Notes: generated from the letters alone by a model not told the origin. A DNA stretch of 64,000 nucleotides from an uncultured virus (IMG/VR IMGVR_UViG_3300014350_000183) (IMGVR_UViG_3300014350_000183), one strand, 5' to 3'. Shown: positions 38,282 to 48,873, counted from the first letter of the stretch. Program-made: numbers and translations.

Positions 38282-39613
38282 CTATTTCACATACCATACA
38301 CGCAACAAATCCCGCCTAGAATATCCCCGTGTTGCCACACCTTTAACCGTAATCTGCATCGGCAACCAGCGATAACCCTTATCATCCGTCACCATGCCCT
38401 CAAACCACACCAAACACGGTGTAGACGGATAGATACGTGCTAATTCATCCGTTTGTTTACTCCCCCCTGCCCGCAGATTCACCCAAGCGGATAAGCGCGG
38501 AGATGCCATACACAACGCCCAATTTTCACCCGCGCCAAATCGTTTGACCATCAAATCATGCAATGTGCGAGCGCCCGCATAATTTTGACCATCGTCCCCC
38601 GTCCCATAGGCATATATCAACATGCCTTCAACATTGGATGGATAGATGCTATCCATCCACGCTAATTGTTCCACTAGGGCTTCTTCCAGTGACCAGTGGG
38701 GATACGCCTTCTGGTATAGATTCCGCAGGCTCATCCCACCATCGAGGCTTCGAGCGCCGTCACTTGGGGGATAATGTGCATCCATTGTTTGATACAGCGC
38801 AGGGTCATGGTCAAGTAAATCGCTCATCTTCCCCCACCCTATCTCAGTGAGTACCGTAGGTGTATCGCCTAACCCGATTTTTCGTGAGCGCAAATTAGTG
38901 ATAATGCTTGTCCGTAAAATATGCGGTGCAGTGCGTGGGTTAATTTGATTTGCCTTAGCCCAACGATTCTGGTGCATCGCAGACAGGTCGCGTGGTGGCT
39001 TAATATCCAATGGCGATACATGCCCCGTCCCAGATGGCAACCAGCCGTAAGCATACGCATGACCGCCATAATATGCCCTACCCGGATACTTAGCAATTTC
39101 ACGCAACACCGGGTCATAAACACCTGCATCTGCCCAATCAGCACGCTCATTAGCAGGCGCAAAATTGCCAAAAATGGCGCGGAATTTGATTTCTTTGCCT
39201 GTCTTGGGGTCACGCCAGTTCATCAGTAAATTAATGACACGCGCAAGCCAATTCATGTAAATTCGCGCTTCTTCGATATTCCCAAAGTTCGGTTCATTCC
39301 CGCCAGGGTATTTAACAGTGCGTGGGTCAGGTGATGTCTTAACCAAAGCCTTCACATAATTTTCAGGGATAGACCAATCCTTATCGCCTGTCCAGTATGG
39401 ATGTTTTTTCCATACATTGCCTTCATCCTGCCGTCCGTCTAGGTAGATTCGGCGGTCAATAACATTTGGGACGACTGCCAACAATTGCTCACACATCAAT
39501 GGGGAGTCAATCATCAGTGTCCATGCACAATTCATTTGGCGATTTAGGTGAACATAATACGGTTTATCGTATATACCCATTTCGATGGCGTTCCAGCCAA
39601 TACGTGATTTCAT
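38282..39613 (-). CDS. Putative endolysin: clan GH-A-like glycoside hydrolase with C-terminal SH3b-like domain
   Basis: GGNEPN (acid/base), HAY, LTEIGW (nucleophile); C-terminal WVNLRAG...GYRW...RGY; located in the lysis position. Confidence 0.65.
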   Translation of the reverse strand: MKSRIGWNAIEMGIYDKPYYVHLNRQMNCAWTLMIDSPLMCEQLLAVVPNVIDRRIYLDGRQDEGNVWKKHPYWTGDKDWSIPENYVKALVKTSPDPRTVKYPGGNEPNFGNIEEARIYMNWLARVINLLMNWRDPKTGKEIKFRAIFGNFAPANERADWADAGVYDPVLREIAKYPGRAYYGGHAYAYGWLPSGTGHVSPLDIKPPRDLSAMHQNRWAKANQINPRTAPHILRTSIITNLRSRKIGLGDTPTVLTEIGWGKMSDLLDHDPALYQTMDAHYPPSDGARSLDGGMSLRNLYQKAYPHWSLEEALVEQLAWMDSIYPSNVEGMLIYAYGTGDDGQNYAGARTLHDLMVKRFGAGENWALCMASPRLSAWVNLRAGGSKQTDELARIYPSTPCLVWFEGMVTDDKGYRWLPMQITVKGVATRGYSRRDLLRVWYVK

Positions 39614-39631
39614 AGTATCCTCTCTTTATAT

Positions 39632-39656
39632 AAAAAACGCCCCTTCAGTGGGGCGT
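39632..39656 (-). terminator. Terminator between the holin-like gene and the lysin
   Basis: On the minus strand: ACGCCCC-actgaa-GGGGCGT followed by TTTTT. Confidence 0.6.
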
Positions 39657-39679
39657 AAATGTCAGGTCAAATATTGGTG

Positions 39680-40333
39680 TCATCCGCCAAGCGGGACGGC
39701 ATCTGTAGGTGGCTTTTTGGTTTCTGGTGGTGGTACAGGTGTATCTTTATTCCCATTCGGGGTATACCCAATTTCAGCGAAATATCGCCCTACCCCACTA
39801 GCAATCGCACCGATAAACTTGTCATCCAATTCATACGGCATCGGTAATCGCTTCGCCACATCGGTTAGCCCCTGCACCCCCTTATCCACACCGAGCAGGA
39901 AAATATCTTTAACCGCTTCTGGTGTCACGGAGCGATGCAGAAATTTAAGGGCAATATAGGTAATCGTCCCAAGCGCACCGAGCAACACCGCCAAAATAGC
40001 ACCGAGCGCGACTAATACATGCGTCAATACATCCCGTAGCGTATACGCCGTCACATCGGTTAATTCTTGGGTCACACCTTCCACCCCCGTTGGGTCATCT
40101 ACATTAACTGGTTGTGGGACTTCCTGAGTCGGATTCACTGGCGGGGTTTCCGCTTGGGATTTCACCGGGTGAAACGGGTTGGTTGTCTCCACCGCTTTCC
40201 CCTGTGCCAGTTGAATCATGCTCTGACCCGGTAATGTTGGGTGTGGGTTGGGAATCGCTGGCAGAAAATATGTTGTCATGATGAATACCATCATCACCAA
40301 CATCACGGTAGCTAGTTTTTCTATTGGGGTCAT
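39680..40333 (-). CDS. Membrane protein, holin-like
   Basis: Two hydrophobic segments; GAGGAG SD; in the lysis cassette. Confidence 0.55.
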   Translation of the reverse strand: MTPIEKLATVMLVMMVFIMTTYFLPAIPNPHPTLPGQSMIQLAQGKAVETTNPFHPVKSQAETPPVNPTQEVPQPVNVDDPTGVEGVTQELTDVTAYTLRDVLTHVLVALGAILAVLLGALGTITYIALKFLHRSVTPEAVKDIFLLGVDKGVQGLTDVAKRLPMPYELDDKFIGAIASGVGRYFAEIGYTPNGNKDTPVPPPETKKPPTDAVPLGG

Positions 40334-40976
40334 CGTGTGTCTCCTCGACCTCTACGGTCTCTAATTTCTTGAGCGCATTTTCCATGCGTTCACAATACGG
40401 ACTGAGAATAGATTGAATTTTGTTCGGCAGTGCTATCAGCGCCGACTTAAACTCTTCGAGTTCTGTCTTGACGCTGTTAATAGCCGTTGTATTGGCGGTA
40501 ATGCCTGCATTGGCATCGGCGATGGCGGTGAGCATGGCATTGGAATTGGTGGTCATGGTAGAACGAAAGACCACGCTGGCATCGGTATGGTCTTTGAGCA
40601 GGGTGGTGTTGCTATCCACCGATTTGACCAATTCATCTACCGCCTTCAATTCTTTCTCGCGGATGATGCGGTCATGCTCGCGGTCTTCGGTAATCTGGGT
40701 GGATTGAGATGCGATTTGTGTCGTCAATGATGCAATTTGTGCAGTTAGTTCCCCCACCATCTTGAGGCGGATTTCTTCGAGTTCCATCTCTGTTTTCTTC
40801 GCCTTATCGTCTGCCTCGCGCCCCTCTTTCTTTGCTTTGAGCGCATTATCGCTATACCGAAGCCATCGCCATGCTACCAACATAGTGCCACCAACCAACA
40901 AACACAACAAGAACAACACCAGCACGACAATGCCAGCTTCTAAAAAGAATTTGTATGTTGGGTCTAATTGGCTCAT
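40104..40976 (-). CDS. Membrane-anchored coiled-coil lysis-cassette protein
   Basis: AGGAG SD; N-terminal TM segment then coiled coil; overlaps the next gene by 230 nt. Confidence 0.6.
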   Translation of the reverse strand: MSQLDPTYKFFLEAGIVVLVLFLLCLLVGGTMLVAWRWLRYSDNALKAKKEGREADDKAKKTEMELEEIRLKMVGELTAQIASLTTQIASQSTQITEDREHDRIIREKELKAVDELVKSVDSNTTLLKDHTDASVVFRSTMTTNSNAMLTAIADANAGITANTTAINSVKTELEEFKSALIALPNKIQSILSPYCERMENALKKLETVEVEETHDDPNRKTSYRDVGDDGIHHDNIFSASDSQPTPNITGSEHDSTGTGESGGDNQPVSPGEIPSGNPASESDSGSPTTS

Positions 40977-40993
40977 GCCACTCCTACAAAATA

Positions 40994-41017
40994 AGAATAT
41001 ATGTTCTAATTGTACCA
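40994..41017 (-). promoter_or_regulatory. Lysis promoter (extended -10) with a LexA-type box
   Basis: TGgTACAAT (41017-41009) adjacent to AGAAT-ATAT-GTTCT (40994-41007, + strand reading). Confidence 0.7.
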
Positions 41018-41070
41018 TAAGTATTACCCATTAGCACGCATTTAGAACAGATTTAACAATTCTCTAACAG

Positions 41071-42840
41071 TTAGGTCGGGAGTATCGCTTGACAAATCGC
41101 AAGCACTTTGGTCGTCAATTCCACCACGCCGCTAGAGGATGGGTCAGAGATAGCCACATACATGCCTGTAGCAGAGAAGCGGTAGTCTGCCCTGAACACA
41201 ATCTCATGCTCACGGTAAATCCCACCACTGGCATTGAGGATGTCATCGGTAATATCCAGCGATATATCCACCGCCACATTGCCAGAAGCGTTCCACGGTC
41301 CGCCATATTTGTTGGTGACATCTGTCCCGTTGATGTATAGGCGCAATCCCATTGGGTAATTACTCCCCACGCGCACACGGAACTCCTGCCCCAAAGAGCG
41401 ATTGGGCCACGATGGACTCGGCGCGAATACACTATCGAAAAAATCAATCAGGCTATAGAGAGGTTTGGTCTTGAATCGAATCCTCACTCGCACCAATTCA
41501 GTGACAGTGTTATCTATCTCCAGCTTAAATTCGGCATTTTTGTTAGATGAATCGAATATATCACTGAAATGATTGCGTTGGAGAAAATCGGTATAGGTAT
41601 AGGTGAAAGTGGATGGAAATGTGGCAGGTTTTAGATTCTGCACGCGCAACCCCTCTAGCGCCCCAATGATGGTTTTCGCGGTAGATTGCACCACTTGGTC
41701 AACATTGCTAATCTCAAGGCGCACACTCATCCCATCTGGTGTGTACGATTCGCTCACCCCGACCACCCAAAACAAGTCGTCCACTTTCTCCAATTGGAGA
41801 ATCTTACCGTCTTTTGTCTCGACATCTCCGACATATTTCACACGGATTTTGTCACCCGGACGAATGCCCTTACTGACCTTTTTCAGCGAGATGGAATAGG
41901 TGACTTGTGCCACACTATTGCGGTCAAGCCACACCTTCGCCGCATCATACAAGGCATTACTGGCAATCTCTTTGGAGGCTGGCGAATTGGTCAATGGTGC
42001 AATATCCTTAAATGTCCCCGCCTTTTGTATCACGCCATAGGTGGCAATACTGTCATCGTCTGTGATGTAATACAGCGTCCGACCATCTGCCCCTGTCATG
42101 GTCTTAACCCCTTCACGGGTGCAATAACGGAGTGTGAGCGAGGCTTCCCCCTCCCCTGCCCCAATCGGGATGAGCCAATTGGCAATCGCCTCACTGGTTT
42201 CACTTTTCTGGATGGATTCAATAATCGCCACATCCGCATTGGCATACACGTCATTCGGAATCGAATCGCCACTGACTGCCACCAGACCACAATCATCGCC
42301 AAATGTCCCGATTTCCAAAACACTATTTTCGCTGAGGGTTTCGCGCAGATGTAACCCATTCTGCTCGGCGATTTTCTGCAAGGCAGATAGCACACTCACG
42401 CCATCGAATCTGGCAGATAATAAGGAAGTGGTCGCATCCGCCTCCACGCTCCACCCCGCCAATTCCGCCAGACTCGCTAACACCTCATTGCGGGGGAGTT
42501 GGGTGTATTGACGATTGAGTAGCACCGAATAGCGTTTCAAATCATCCAGCGAATCGGGACCCGACACACTGAGCGTTAAACCCCCTTGCGAGAAGGTTTT
42601 CTGGACATTCCGAATCACACCCTTCGCAATCAGGCGTGTGCCTGCATCATCTGCCAAATACACCTTCACTCGCTTTTCGTTGGTGAGCGTTTCCAGTGTG
42701 CGTTCATCGGTAGCCACACATTCCAGCGAGAGCGTGCCTGCCCCATCCAACAGACGGTCAATGGTGGCAGATTTCACCGACACGGGACCAACACCGGTCT
42801 TAACCCAATTCGCATCACATACATCTATCCATAGATTCAT
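41071..42840 (-). CDS. Baseplate hub / Tal-like minor tail protein
   Basis: Position after Dit and fibre genes; N-terminal hub pattern, IRPGDKIRV, VVGVSE. Confidence 0.75.
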   Translation of the reverse strand: MNLWIDVCDANWVKTGVGPVSVKSATIDRLLDGAGTLSLECVATDERTLETLTNEKRVKVYLADDAGTRLIAKGVIRNVQKTFSQGGLTLSVSGPDSLDDLKRYSVLLNRQYTQLPRNEVLASLAELAGWSVEADATTSLLSARFDGVSVLSALQKIAEQNGLHLRETLSENSVLEIGTFGDDCGLVAVSGDSIPNDVYANADVAIIESIQKSETSEAIANWLIPIGAGEGEASLTLRYCTREGVKTMTGADGRTLYYITDDDSIATYGVIQKAGTFKDIAPLTNSPASKEIASNALYDAAKVWLDRNSVAQVTYSISLKKVSKGIRPGDKIRVKYVGDVETKDGKILQLEKVDDLFWVVGVSESYTPDGMSVRLEISNVDQVVQSTAKTIIGALEGLRVQNLKPATFPSTFTYTYTDFLQRNHFSDIFDSSNKNAEFKLEIDNTVTELVRVRIRFKTKPLYSLIDFFDSVFAPSPSWPNRSLGQEFRVRVGSNYPMGLRLYINGTDVTNKYGGPWNASGNVAVDISLDITDDILNASGGIYREHEIVFRADYRFSATGMYVAISDPSSSGVVELTTKVLAICQAILPT

Positions 42841-43959
42841 CAATTCATCTCCAGCAGGATTTGGCGATACATCACCGACTTAGCGACATTCTCTTGGGTT
42901 TGCAAATGGCTCGACCACCCACATGAGGCGGTGCTAGAGGGCATGGTGGCGCTGACAACGGTTGGCGTGCTATCGTTAATAGAGAAATAAGCTACCCCGT
43001 TAATGATGGCGATTTGGATTTTGTAAACGNNNNNNNNNNNNNNNNNNNNNNNNNNNNNNNNNNNNNNNNNNNNNNNNNNNNNNNNNNNNNNNNNNNNNNN
43101 NNNNATCCCCCGCCACAGTGGAATAGCGCAACACCACCCCAGACACACCTGTCCCTGCCAGATTATCCCCCGCCCCATAAATTGACCCGGTGTGAAACCC
43201 GATGTACCACCGCATCCCCGCAATGCTACTGCCTGTTTTTATCCACAAGGTCATCACAGGATTTGAGCGTGGTTGCAAAATGGCAGAGCCTAAACTGGCA
43301 ATGCCTGCTAGTGAGGATGTGGTGGCGACACTGGCATAATTGGTGTATGCCCCGTCTGCCTCAAATACGTTTGTTGCAGTGCCACTAGACGAAATCGCAG
43401 GATGGGCAACGACGACAGATGAGCCATCGATGAAGGTAATGCGAGCCAGACGACGGTCAATGGACTTGGGCGCTTCACCGAGCAGAACCCACTGCGTGCC
43501 GTCATACAGCAGGGTGAGCGCCTTGCGTGGGTTATCCAAAAAGACATCGAAACCGTTGAGGAAGATGTTCCCCGTCCCATTTTTGACCACCACCACGCGG
43601 GCAGAAGTCACAGATTGCAACACCAGCACATCCCCCGCAACCCCGCCGTTAATCGTGTCGAGGTCGTCATAACTGGCAGAGGCTTCGGTATCCACCAAAT
43701 GGCGCGTGCGGGTGACGGTAATCGCGCCACTGGAAATGGTGAGTGTGGTGGTGGTGGATAAATTCAATTGGGTGAATCCACTCGCCCCAGAGAGCAAATT
43801 GGTGACGGTGGTATTCAAGGTGGCGACATCGCTCACGGCATCACTGACATCGGTGGTTAAATTGGTAATGGCACTATCCAATTGCCCCAGAGGGGTATTG
43901 AATGTGCTGGCATTGGCAGGAGCGCCAATGGCGATAGGGGTATGGTGATTGGTGGTCAT
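42840..43959 (-). CDS. Tail fibre / receptor-binding protein, interrupted by an assembly gap
   Basis: N-terminal anchor then DDLDTING...LTLLYDGTQW module. The N-run breaks the frame; the downstream part probably ends at 42840. Confidence 0.7.
43030..43104. other. Assembly gap (75 N)
   Basis: Run of N in the sequence. Confidence 1.
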
Positions 43960-43964
43960 AATCG

Positions 43965-44828
43965 TTATCTCCAAGCGTCTAAATAATCGGCATACAGGGT
44001 GATATTCCCTGTGAATGAGCCGTCAATAACAAGGGTGTTTGCACCAGAGGGGAGTTCTAAAAAGCCATTCCCTTTGGATGGATTGAAAACGTCATAGCGT
44101 CCATTGGTTGCCGTATCCGTCACGGTCACAGAAAGCGCGGTGCTATCTACCTCTAAAATCTGTCCTGCTAAGAGGGTATCTTCAAAGCGCCAGCGTCCGA
44201 TTTCGACACCTTCCGCATCTCGGAGTGAGACACGCAAATTTGTGACGGCATTGCTTCCCGCATCGAAGCGCAGATAAAGTGGGGTGGCTGTTGAGCCATT
44301 GTTGGTGAGACTTAGCGAGCTACCGTTATTAACAGCGTTGCTACTGGCGCGATACCCACCAACGGTTAACCCATCGTCTAGCACTTCCCCCGAATCGAGT
44401 AGCCATGCGGTGGGATGCGAATACCAACGTGGGTCTGAGCATTGAAATGAGAGTGTCACCTTCTGCCATAGGTCGGTATGGCGTTCTCGTTTTTCGGGGA
44501 TGTTGATGTTATTCACTCTGGCATACGTCCAACGCGGTTTAGCGGTGGGGTCAGATGGTTGCATCCACAGCTTCTTCACCCCCCACCCTAACATCTTTTT
44601 CAATTCATCGCGCAAGGTGGTCATGCCGTCGCGGGAATCCTCACTTATAAGGAAGAAGCCTGCTTGGATGTTGCCTACCTCGCTCAGTGCCACCCCTCTG
44701 CCAAATTCATCCACACCGCCACTGACCCCCACCACACGCGATGTCCGCGCCAGCACATCGGCAAAGTTGTCGCGGTAATCTTGGTCATAAGCAAATTGAT
44801 ACGTGTGAAATTTCGTGAGTCGCGTCAT
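43965..44828 (-). CDS. Distal tail protein (Dit)
   Basis: Follows the tape measure gene; LSFQCSDPRWY, NNGSTATP, FLELPSGANTL. Confidence 0.8.
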   Translation of the reverse strand: MTRLTKFHTYQFAYDQDYRDNFADVLARTSRVVGVSGGVDEFGRGVALSEVGNIQAGFFLISEDSRDGMTTLRDELKKMLGWGVKKLWMQPSDPTAKPRWTYARVNNINIPEKRERHTDLWQKVTLSFQCSDPRWYSHPTAWLLDSGEVLDDGLTVGGYRASSNAVNNGSSLSLTNNGSTATPLYLRFDAGSNAVTNLRVSLRDAEGVEIGRWRFEDTLLAGQILEVDSTALSVTVTDTATNGRYDVFNPSKGNGFLELPSGANTLVIDGSFTGNITLYADYLDAWR

Positions 44829-47608
44829 CCTCTACTCCGATTCCATTTCTCAAATTCATCCACAAATCCCTTCGCCGCAGACCGTCCGCCTTCTTCCGTA
44901 TTGGCGTGAATCACGACTGAGCCAATGGTGGGTGTGTTTTCACGTTCAAACAAAGTGTTCATCTTATCCATAAAACCGGGTATGAATTCGCCATCGGTGC
45001 GTGGCACAAAAATCTCGTTATCCTCTTGGGGTCTGCCAATGGCATACATCATATCTGCCAAGCCAATCCCGCCCGAATCGCGTTGTGGTATGCTCCCACC
45101 AAACAATCCCAATTGTCCTATCATGCTATTGTTGAGAGGGCTTTGCGAAATATCCCCCATCAGACTACCTGTGGTGATATTTTGTTGCAGGTTAGGCAAG
45201 TTACCGGGCGCGAGGATTTGTTGGGCAGAGTCATTGACCTTGTTTGCCTCATTGCCTTGAAAGAACCGTTGAACCGCGCGTAATGCGTCATCCACAGCAC
45301 GCGGGATAGACAAAATCGTATCTACTACAGGTTGAATAATGTTATCGCGGATAAATGCAAAAATGGCGCCTATCCCATCACGTAATCCCTCTAAAAATGG
45401 TCTAGCCGATTCCCAAATCCCACTCAACAGGCTAACCAGTCCATCAATAATCGGGGTTACTGCATCTAGCCCAGCTTGCACCGCAGGTCCCATGACATTT
45501 TGCCAAAAATCTACCAGTAGGTCTAAAAATGGCTCGACTAATGTCCAAATCCCTTTGAGTGTTTCGATAAAAATGCCAATAGCAGGGGTGATGATGTTAT
45601 CAATAAATCCCTGAATAGCGGGCCAGCCTGTGGTCTGAAACCAATCGACAAGCGATTGCAACACGGGACCGACTACACTCCAAATTGCACCTAATACATC
45701 GCTAAACGCCTGCACCGCAGGGATAATCACATCGTTAATTAGTCCAGCGATAATCGGTACAGCTTGCGTCACAAACCACTCAATGAGGAATTGCAAAATC
45801 GGCGCAACCGTCTCATATACCTCACGGAACACATCGGCAATGAATTGAATCGCTGGGATGAACACCGTCTGAATCATATTCGAGATAGCAGGGATGGCGG
45901 TGGTGATAAACCAGTCGTACATCTCTGCTAAGACAGGGGCGATAACTGCCCACACTTCACCGATACGTGTGCCAATATCTTGAATAATCGGGATGAACAC
46001 GGTTTGGATGATATTCCCAATAGCGGGGATTGCCTCATCCACAAACCACCCATACAAATCTGCCAAAACAGGATAAATCTGTGACCACGCATCGCCTAAT
46101 GCGCTCACCACCCGCCCAAATGTGGGAATAACTGTGTTCTGCACAAATTCCACGATTGCGGGGAAGCCTTCTTCGACCACCCATACACGGATGGATTCCA
46201 AAATGGGTAACACCCCCTCCGCCACATCCTCAAAGGCTTGGCGCAAATCCACATTGAACACCTCCGCCAACACCAACCCCGCACCCGCAACGAGTCCGAG
46301 TGGCGATGTGAGCAACCCAAACAAGGGTGTTACGACACGGAGCGCCGTACCGATATTGCTCACCGCCATACCCGTTGCCATGAGCGTTGGTCCTGCCACA
46401 GCCAGCGCCGACCCGATTTGTAAAATGGTGCTGGTCAATTCGGGGTTTTTACTCACCCAATCAGTGATACCATTCACCACTACTATCATGCGGTCAATAA
46501 ATGGCGCGACCACCTCATTCATGAAAGGGGTAAACGCCTCAATCTTGAGCGTCTCAAAACTCCCTTTCAGCGATTCAACCTTGCCCGCAAAGGTGTTCAT
46601 GAACCCATCTGCCAGTTCCCCAGCTTCTGGTGCTTCCCGCATCTGATTGAGCATATCCCCAATGCCGTTACTGGCACGCAAGGCAGATAACCCCACAATG
46701 CCATAACTCCCCCCGAGTCGTTGCATCAATTCATTTTGTTGCTCAACAGGGAGTGCATCGAGGGCAGAATCCAGTTCAAGCATGACGGTGTTAAAATCGC
46801 GCAGATTACCTTCGGTGTCATAAAAACTCACCCCCAACTCACGATAGGCTTGTTGCACCTCTTCCGTTGGGCGCGACAGATTCAACAGCATCGATTTGAG
46901 CTGTGTCCCAGATTCCGCCCCCATAATCCCATTGTTGGCAAACACCCCCAAAATGGCAGATGTTTCTTCGACATCTAGCCCAAAATCTTCTGCAATCGGA
47001 CCAACATTAGAGAGCGCCTGCCCTAACCCACTCACATCGGCACGCGAGGCATTGGCGGCTTGTGCGAGCGCGTTAGTAACACGATTCGCCGACTCTGCAT
47101 TAAGTTCAAATTGAGCGAGTCCCGATGTGGTGATTCCCGCCGCTTGTGCCAATGACATCTCCCCCGCCGCGGCGAGGTCTAAAACATCTGGCAAAGTGGC
47201 GAGTGCTTCTTCGAGGGATTGCCCACTCTTGAGCAGGTCAAGCAATGCCATCCCCGCATCTTGGGCGCTAAATTTGGTGTCTGCCCCCATTTGCAATGCG
47301 TACTGGCGGACGGTTTCCAGTTCATCACCTGTCACCCCACCAAACAATTCAATTTGTTTCATCAGGGCATCAAAATCGGATGCAGTCTTGATGCCCGACA
47401 CACTCAAAACAGTCATCGGGGCAGTAAGCGCGGTGATACGTGCGCCTAATCCTGTCATCCTATCGCCAAACGCACTAATACTCTGCCCCATATTGGCGAA
47501 ACTGTCATTGAGTGTTTGACGGGCGCGATTAATCCCATCGGTCATGCCAGAGGCATCCAATAGGATTTTCCCATACACATTGCCTAAATCATAACCGCTT
47601 CCGTCCAT
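44825..47608 (-). CDS. Tape measure protein (TP901 family core)
   Basis: MGADTKFSAQDA, GIMGAESGTQLKSML, periodic W/F helical repeats. Confidence 0.95.
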   Translation of the reverse strand: MDGSGYDLGNVYGKILLDASGMTDGINRARQTLNDSFANMGQSISAFGDRMTGLGARITALTAPMTVLSVSGIKTASDFDALMKQIELFGGVTGDELETVRQYALQMGADTKFSAQDAGMALLDLLKSGQSLEEALATLPDVLDLAAAGEMSLAQAAGITTSGLAQFELNAESANRVTNALAQAANASRADVSGLGQALSNVGPIAEDFGLDVEETSAILGVFANNGIMGAESGTQLKSMLLNLSRPTEEVQQAYRELGVSFYDTEGNLRDFNTVMLELDSALDALPVEQQNELMQRLGGSYGIVGLSALRASNGIGDMLNQMREAPEAGELADGFMNTFAGKVESLKGSFETLKIEAFTPFMNEVVAPFIDRMIVVVNGITDWVSKNPELTSTILQIGSALAVAGPTLMATGMAVSNIGTALRVVTPLFGLLTSPLGLVAGAGLVLAEVFNVDLRQAFEDVAEGVLPILESIRVWVVEEGFPAIVEFVQNTVIPTFGRVVSALGDAWSQIYPVLADLYGWFVDEAIPAIGNIIQTVFIPIIQDIGTRIGEVWAVIAPVLAEMYDWFITTAIPAISNMIQTVFIPAIQFIADVFREVYETVAPILQFLIEWFVTQAVPIIAGLINDVIIPAVQAFSDVLGAIWSVVGPVLQSLVDWFQTTGWPAIQGFIDNIITPAIGIFIETLKGIWTLVEPFLDLLVDFWQNVMGPAVQAGLDAVTPIIDGLVSLLSGIWESARPFLEGLRDGIGAIFAFIRDNIIQPVVDTILSIPRAVDDALRAVQRFFQGNEANKVNDSAQQILAPGNLPNLQQNITTGSLMGDISQSPLNNSMIGQLGLFGGSIPQRDSGGIGLADMMYAIGRPQEDNEIFVPRTDGEFIPGFMDKMNTLFERENTPTIGSVVIHANTEEGGRSAAKGFVDEFEKWNRSRG

Positions 47609-47609
47609 A

Positions 47610-47892
47610 TCACTTCCTTACTAATCCCATCGCCTCAAATTGGGCAATAGACACCGTTTTTTTCTGGATGGGGATGTCGAGTAATCGCTCAATACGGTTT
47701 ACAGGTCGTCCGTCCCTCTCCCGTTCCGCCAGCTTATTTTCGACCCACACCCCAAAGGTATGCACCGCCCGATTGAACATCCAACACAACCACTTTTCGT
47801 CACTGGGTAGACCTATCTCGTTTGCGGGCGTTGTGTGATACGCTTTTGTGATTTGATACAGCTGCCACACCTGCCTTCTGTTCTTTAGGAAA
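47610..47892 (-). CDS. Tail assembly chaperone T part (frameshift extension)
   Basis: Overlaps the G chaperone in another frame with no convincing SD; putative shift site TTT-CCT. Confidence 0.6.
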
Positions 47893-48294
47893 TGTGGCGG
47901 TCTCTGAATACAGATTCCCCCCAATCGCCCAATTGAACGCAAACAATTTGTCGTCAAAGGTCAGATTATTGACATATACCAACTCGCTGTCGGCGGATGG
48001 ATGCGGGTCTGCGGTCAGGCGTGGTTCAACAAAACAGGCAATTGCCACCCGATTAATTAATTCGGTGAACATCAGCAATTCTTTCGGGTCTGCCCCAATG
48101 GGCTTTTGTGTGATGCTCCCACCTGCCAAAGTCGCTAAGACCATGTTCGTTAATGGGTCGGGAATATCCCCCTTAGCATCCAATAACGACATCAAATCCA
48201 CTTTCCGCACCAGCACACATTCATCTTCCGCCATGTTAGGCAATCTCAATTCATGTGGTTTGTTAAAAAAACTTGCGCCAACAACCTTCGCCAT
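47800..48294 (-). CDS. Tail assembly chaperone G
   Basis: Position between the major tail and tape measure genes. Confidence 0.75.
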   Translation of the reverse strand: MAKVVGASFFNKPHELRLPNMAEDECVLVRKVDLMSLLDAKGDIPDPLTNMVLATLAGGSITQKPIGADPKELLMFTELINRVAIACFVEPRLTADPHPSADSELVYVNNLTFDDKLFAFNWAIGGNLYSETATFPKEQKAGVAAVSNHKSVSHNARKRDRSTQ

Positions 48295-48304
48295 ATCATC
48301 CCCC

Positions 48305-48871
48305 TTATGCGGTCAACCATGTTTTGAAGGTCGCGCCATCTGTGGGTTTGGCGCTATTCCATGCGGCGAGGTTGTCATACACCTGCCCGATGAACACCCG
48401 TTGGTCAATGGCGAGCGCCGACCCTTTCATGTCACTCACATTGAATTTGTTGGTTTGCCCATCGAATTTAATCATGGGGATGGTATCCAGCTTGCAGGAA
48501 CGCAAACCCACCACCAAGATTTTGCCTTCATCCGAACTGGCAACACCAATCGCACCGAAATAATTCAATCCAGCCCCACCCGCCACAGGTTTGAAATATG
48601 ATTGCCCTGCTGTGCCATTGGTGAGGATATTGAGCGCCAAAAAGTCCACCCCACCCGCCGTAATGCTGATGTTGGCGTGGGTGAACACTGCGAGTTTGCG
48701 CGTGACTTGACCACTATCCCGCATGGTGTCGGTATCGGCTTGCGGGTCAACTTCAAAGATTTGGTCAGCATCCAAGTCGTAGGGTGTACCATACGTATCG
48801 GTGCTACGGGTGTGCAGAGCAATCAGCACTTGGTTGAGCGTGAAGATGTAATTCTGAGATGCGTTATCCAT
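48305..48871 (-). CDS. Major tail tube protein
   Basis: Position and size (188 aa); beta-rich. Confidence 0.75.
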   Translation of the reverse strand: MDNASQNYIFTLNQVLIALHTRSTDTYGTPYDLDADQIFEVDPQADTDTMRDSGQVTRKLAVFTHANISITAGGVDFLALNILTNGTAGQSYFKPVAGGAGLNYFGAIGVASSDEGKILVVGLRSCKLDTIPMIKFDGQTNKFNVSDMKGSALAIDQRVFIGQVYDNLAAWNSAKPTDGATFKTWLTA

Positions 48872-48873
48872 GA

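Noticed and set aside
45400..46250. Periodic repeats in the tape measure gene as a novel repeat element
   Set aside because: In-frame W/F-periodic helical repeats are normal for tape measure proteins.
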